Source: Raillietiella orientalis (Eukaryota). From it: a stretch of DNA of 64,000 bases. A program made the position numbers and the translations under genes. Below, piece by piece: positions 63,501 through 64,000 of the stretch. The stretch is from NCBI GenBank assembly GCA_036172245.1, contig JAYWIR010000015.1, forward strand, positions 2,046,001 to 2,110,000, written 5' to 3'. The notes below the pieces were generated by a model that saw only the letters and a list, made by a program, of their open reading frames with translations, ran no database searches and had not been told where the DNA came from. Each line of letters begins with the position of its first letter. Within the stretch, counting starts at the first letter, position 1.

Positions 63501-64000
63501 GCGATGGTTCCGAGAAGAGAAAATAAAAATAAAAATTCCTTCCTTTCAAGGAGAAGTCGGGACTTCAAACTCAAAAGGAACGAATGACCGTTCGTTTAGA
63601 GCGGCTGGCAGCTCCTGTTTAGATTTTGGGCTCCTCGCTTCGTTGCACAAAGAGAAAATTGATGGCGAAATCCCTGATAACTTCTGATTTCTCCTTCCCC
63701 CCCTCTCACACCTCTCTTCTCCTTTAAAGCCATGGACTGATAATCCTTCGTGGGATGAAATCCACTGGTGCGGGAGGTGCATTTCTTGGATTTTCTGTTG
63801 CACCGGGAAAAGACGGAGACTTCTGGAAGTTCAACCAGTTGCCGTACCATGATGTCTGAATGGTTTCCCTCTCCTCCGTGCTGACGGACAGCGACAGCCC
63901 TGCAGACTGCTCCATCGAATGTCGTCCTTCGAGCTTTCAAAAGATCTACGGAAGAAAAAGGGGAGGGATAGGTGCTTCTTGGATTCCAGTTCGAGTCCAA

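Noticed and set aside
1..64000. Hammerhead ribozyme cores associated with the retroelements
   Set aside because: Several CTGANGA words exist, but none that I inspected had a stem II followed by GAAA. A covariance-model search would be needed to be sure.

Overview
Eukaryotic, GC- and CpG-rich, essentially non-coding DNA with many homopolymer and microsatellite tracts. It is probably from an invertebrate or arthropod, inferred only from composition and element types. Most of the window is a dense graveyard of roughly 25 heavily frameshifted non-LTR retrotransposon fragments on both strands. Most are L1/Tx1-like (APE endonuclease, RT, 'PK..GG.G' and zf-RVT motifs). An AT-richer block at about 29.7-34.7 kb holds I/Jockey-like remnants, one with RNase H. 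I recognised these by eye from degenerate motifs, so boundaries are approximate and clade calls tentative. The only host-gene signal sits in a TE-poor island at about 35.3-41 kb. It looks like the 5' end of a minus-strand gene: a leader exon, a 102-nt intron (38808-38707), then an exon (38706-38562) encoding an 18-aa signal-peptide-like N-terminus followed by a phase-1 GTAAG donor. I found no convincing next exon in the 38.5 kb downstream. I saw no intact transposon ORF, RNA gene or CRISPR array, and I cannot demonstrate a new biological system. The best leads are the uORF-laden spliced leader, a perfect 27-bp hairpin at a LINE junction, interlocking inverted repeats, a 39-bp dispersed repeat, and a head-to-tail stack of LINE 3' ends with a shared terminal motif.
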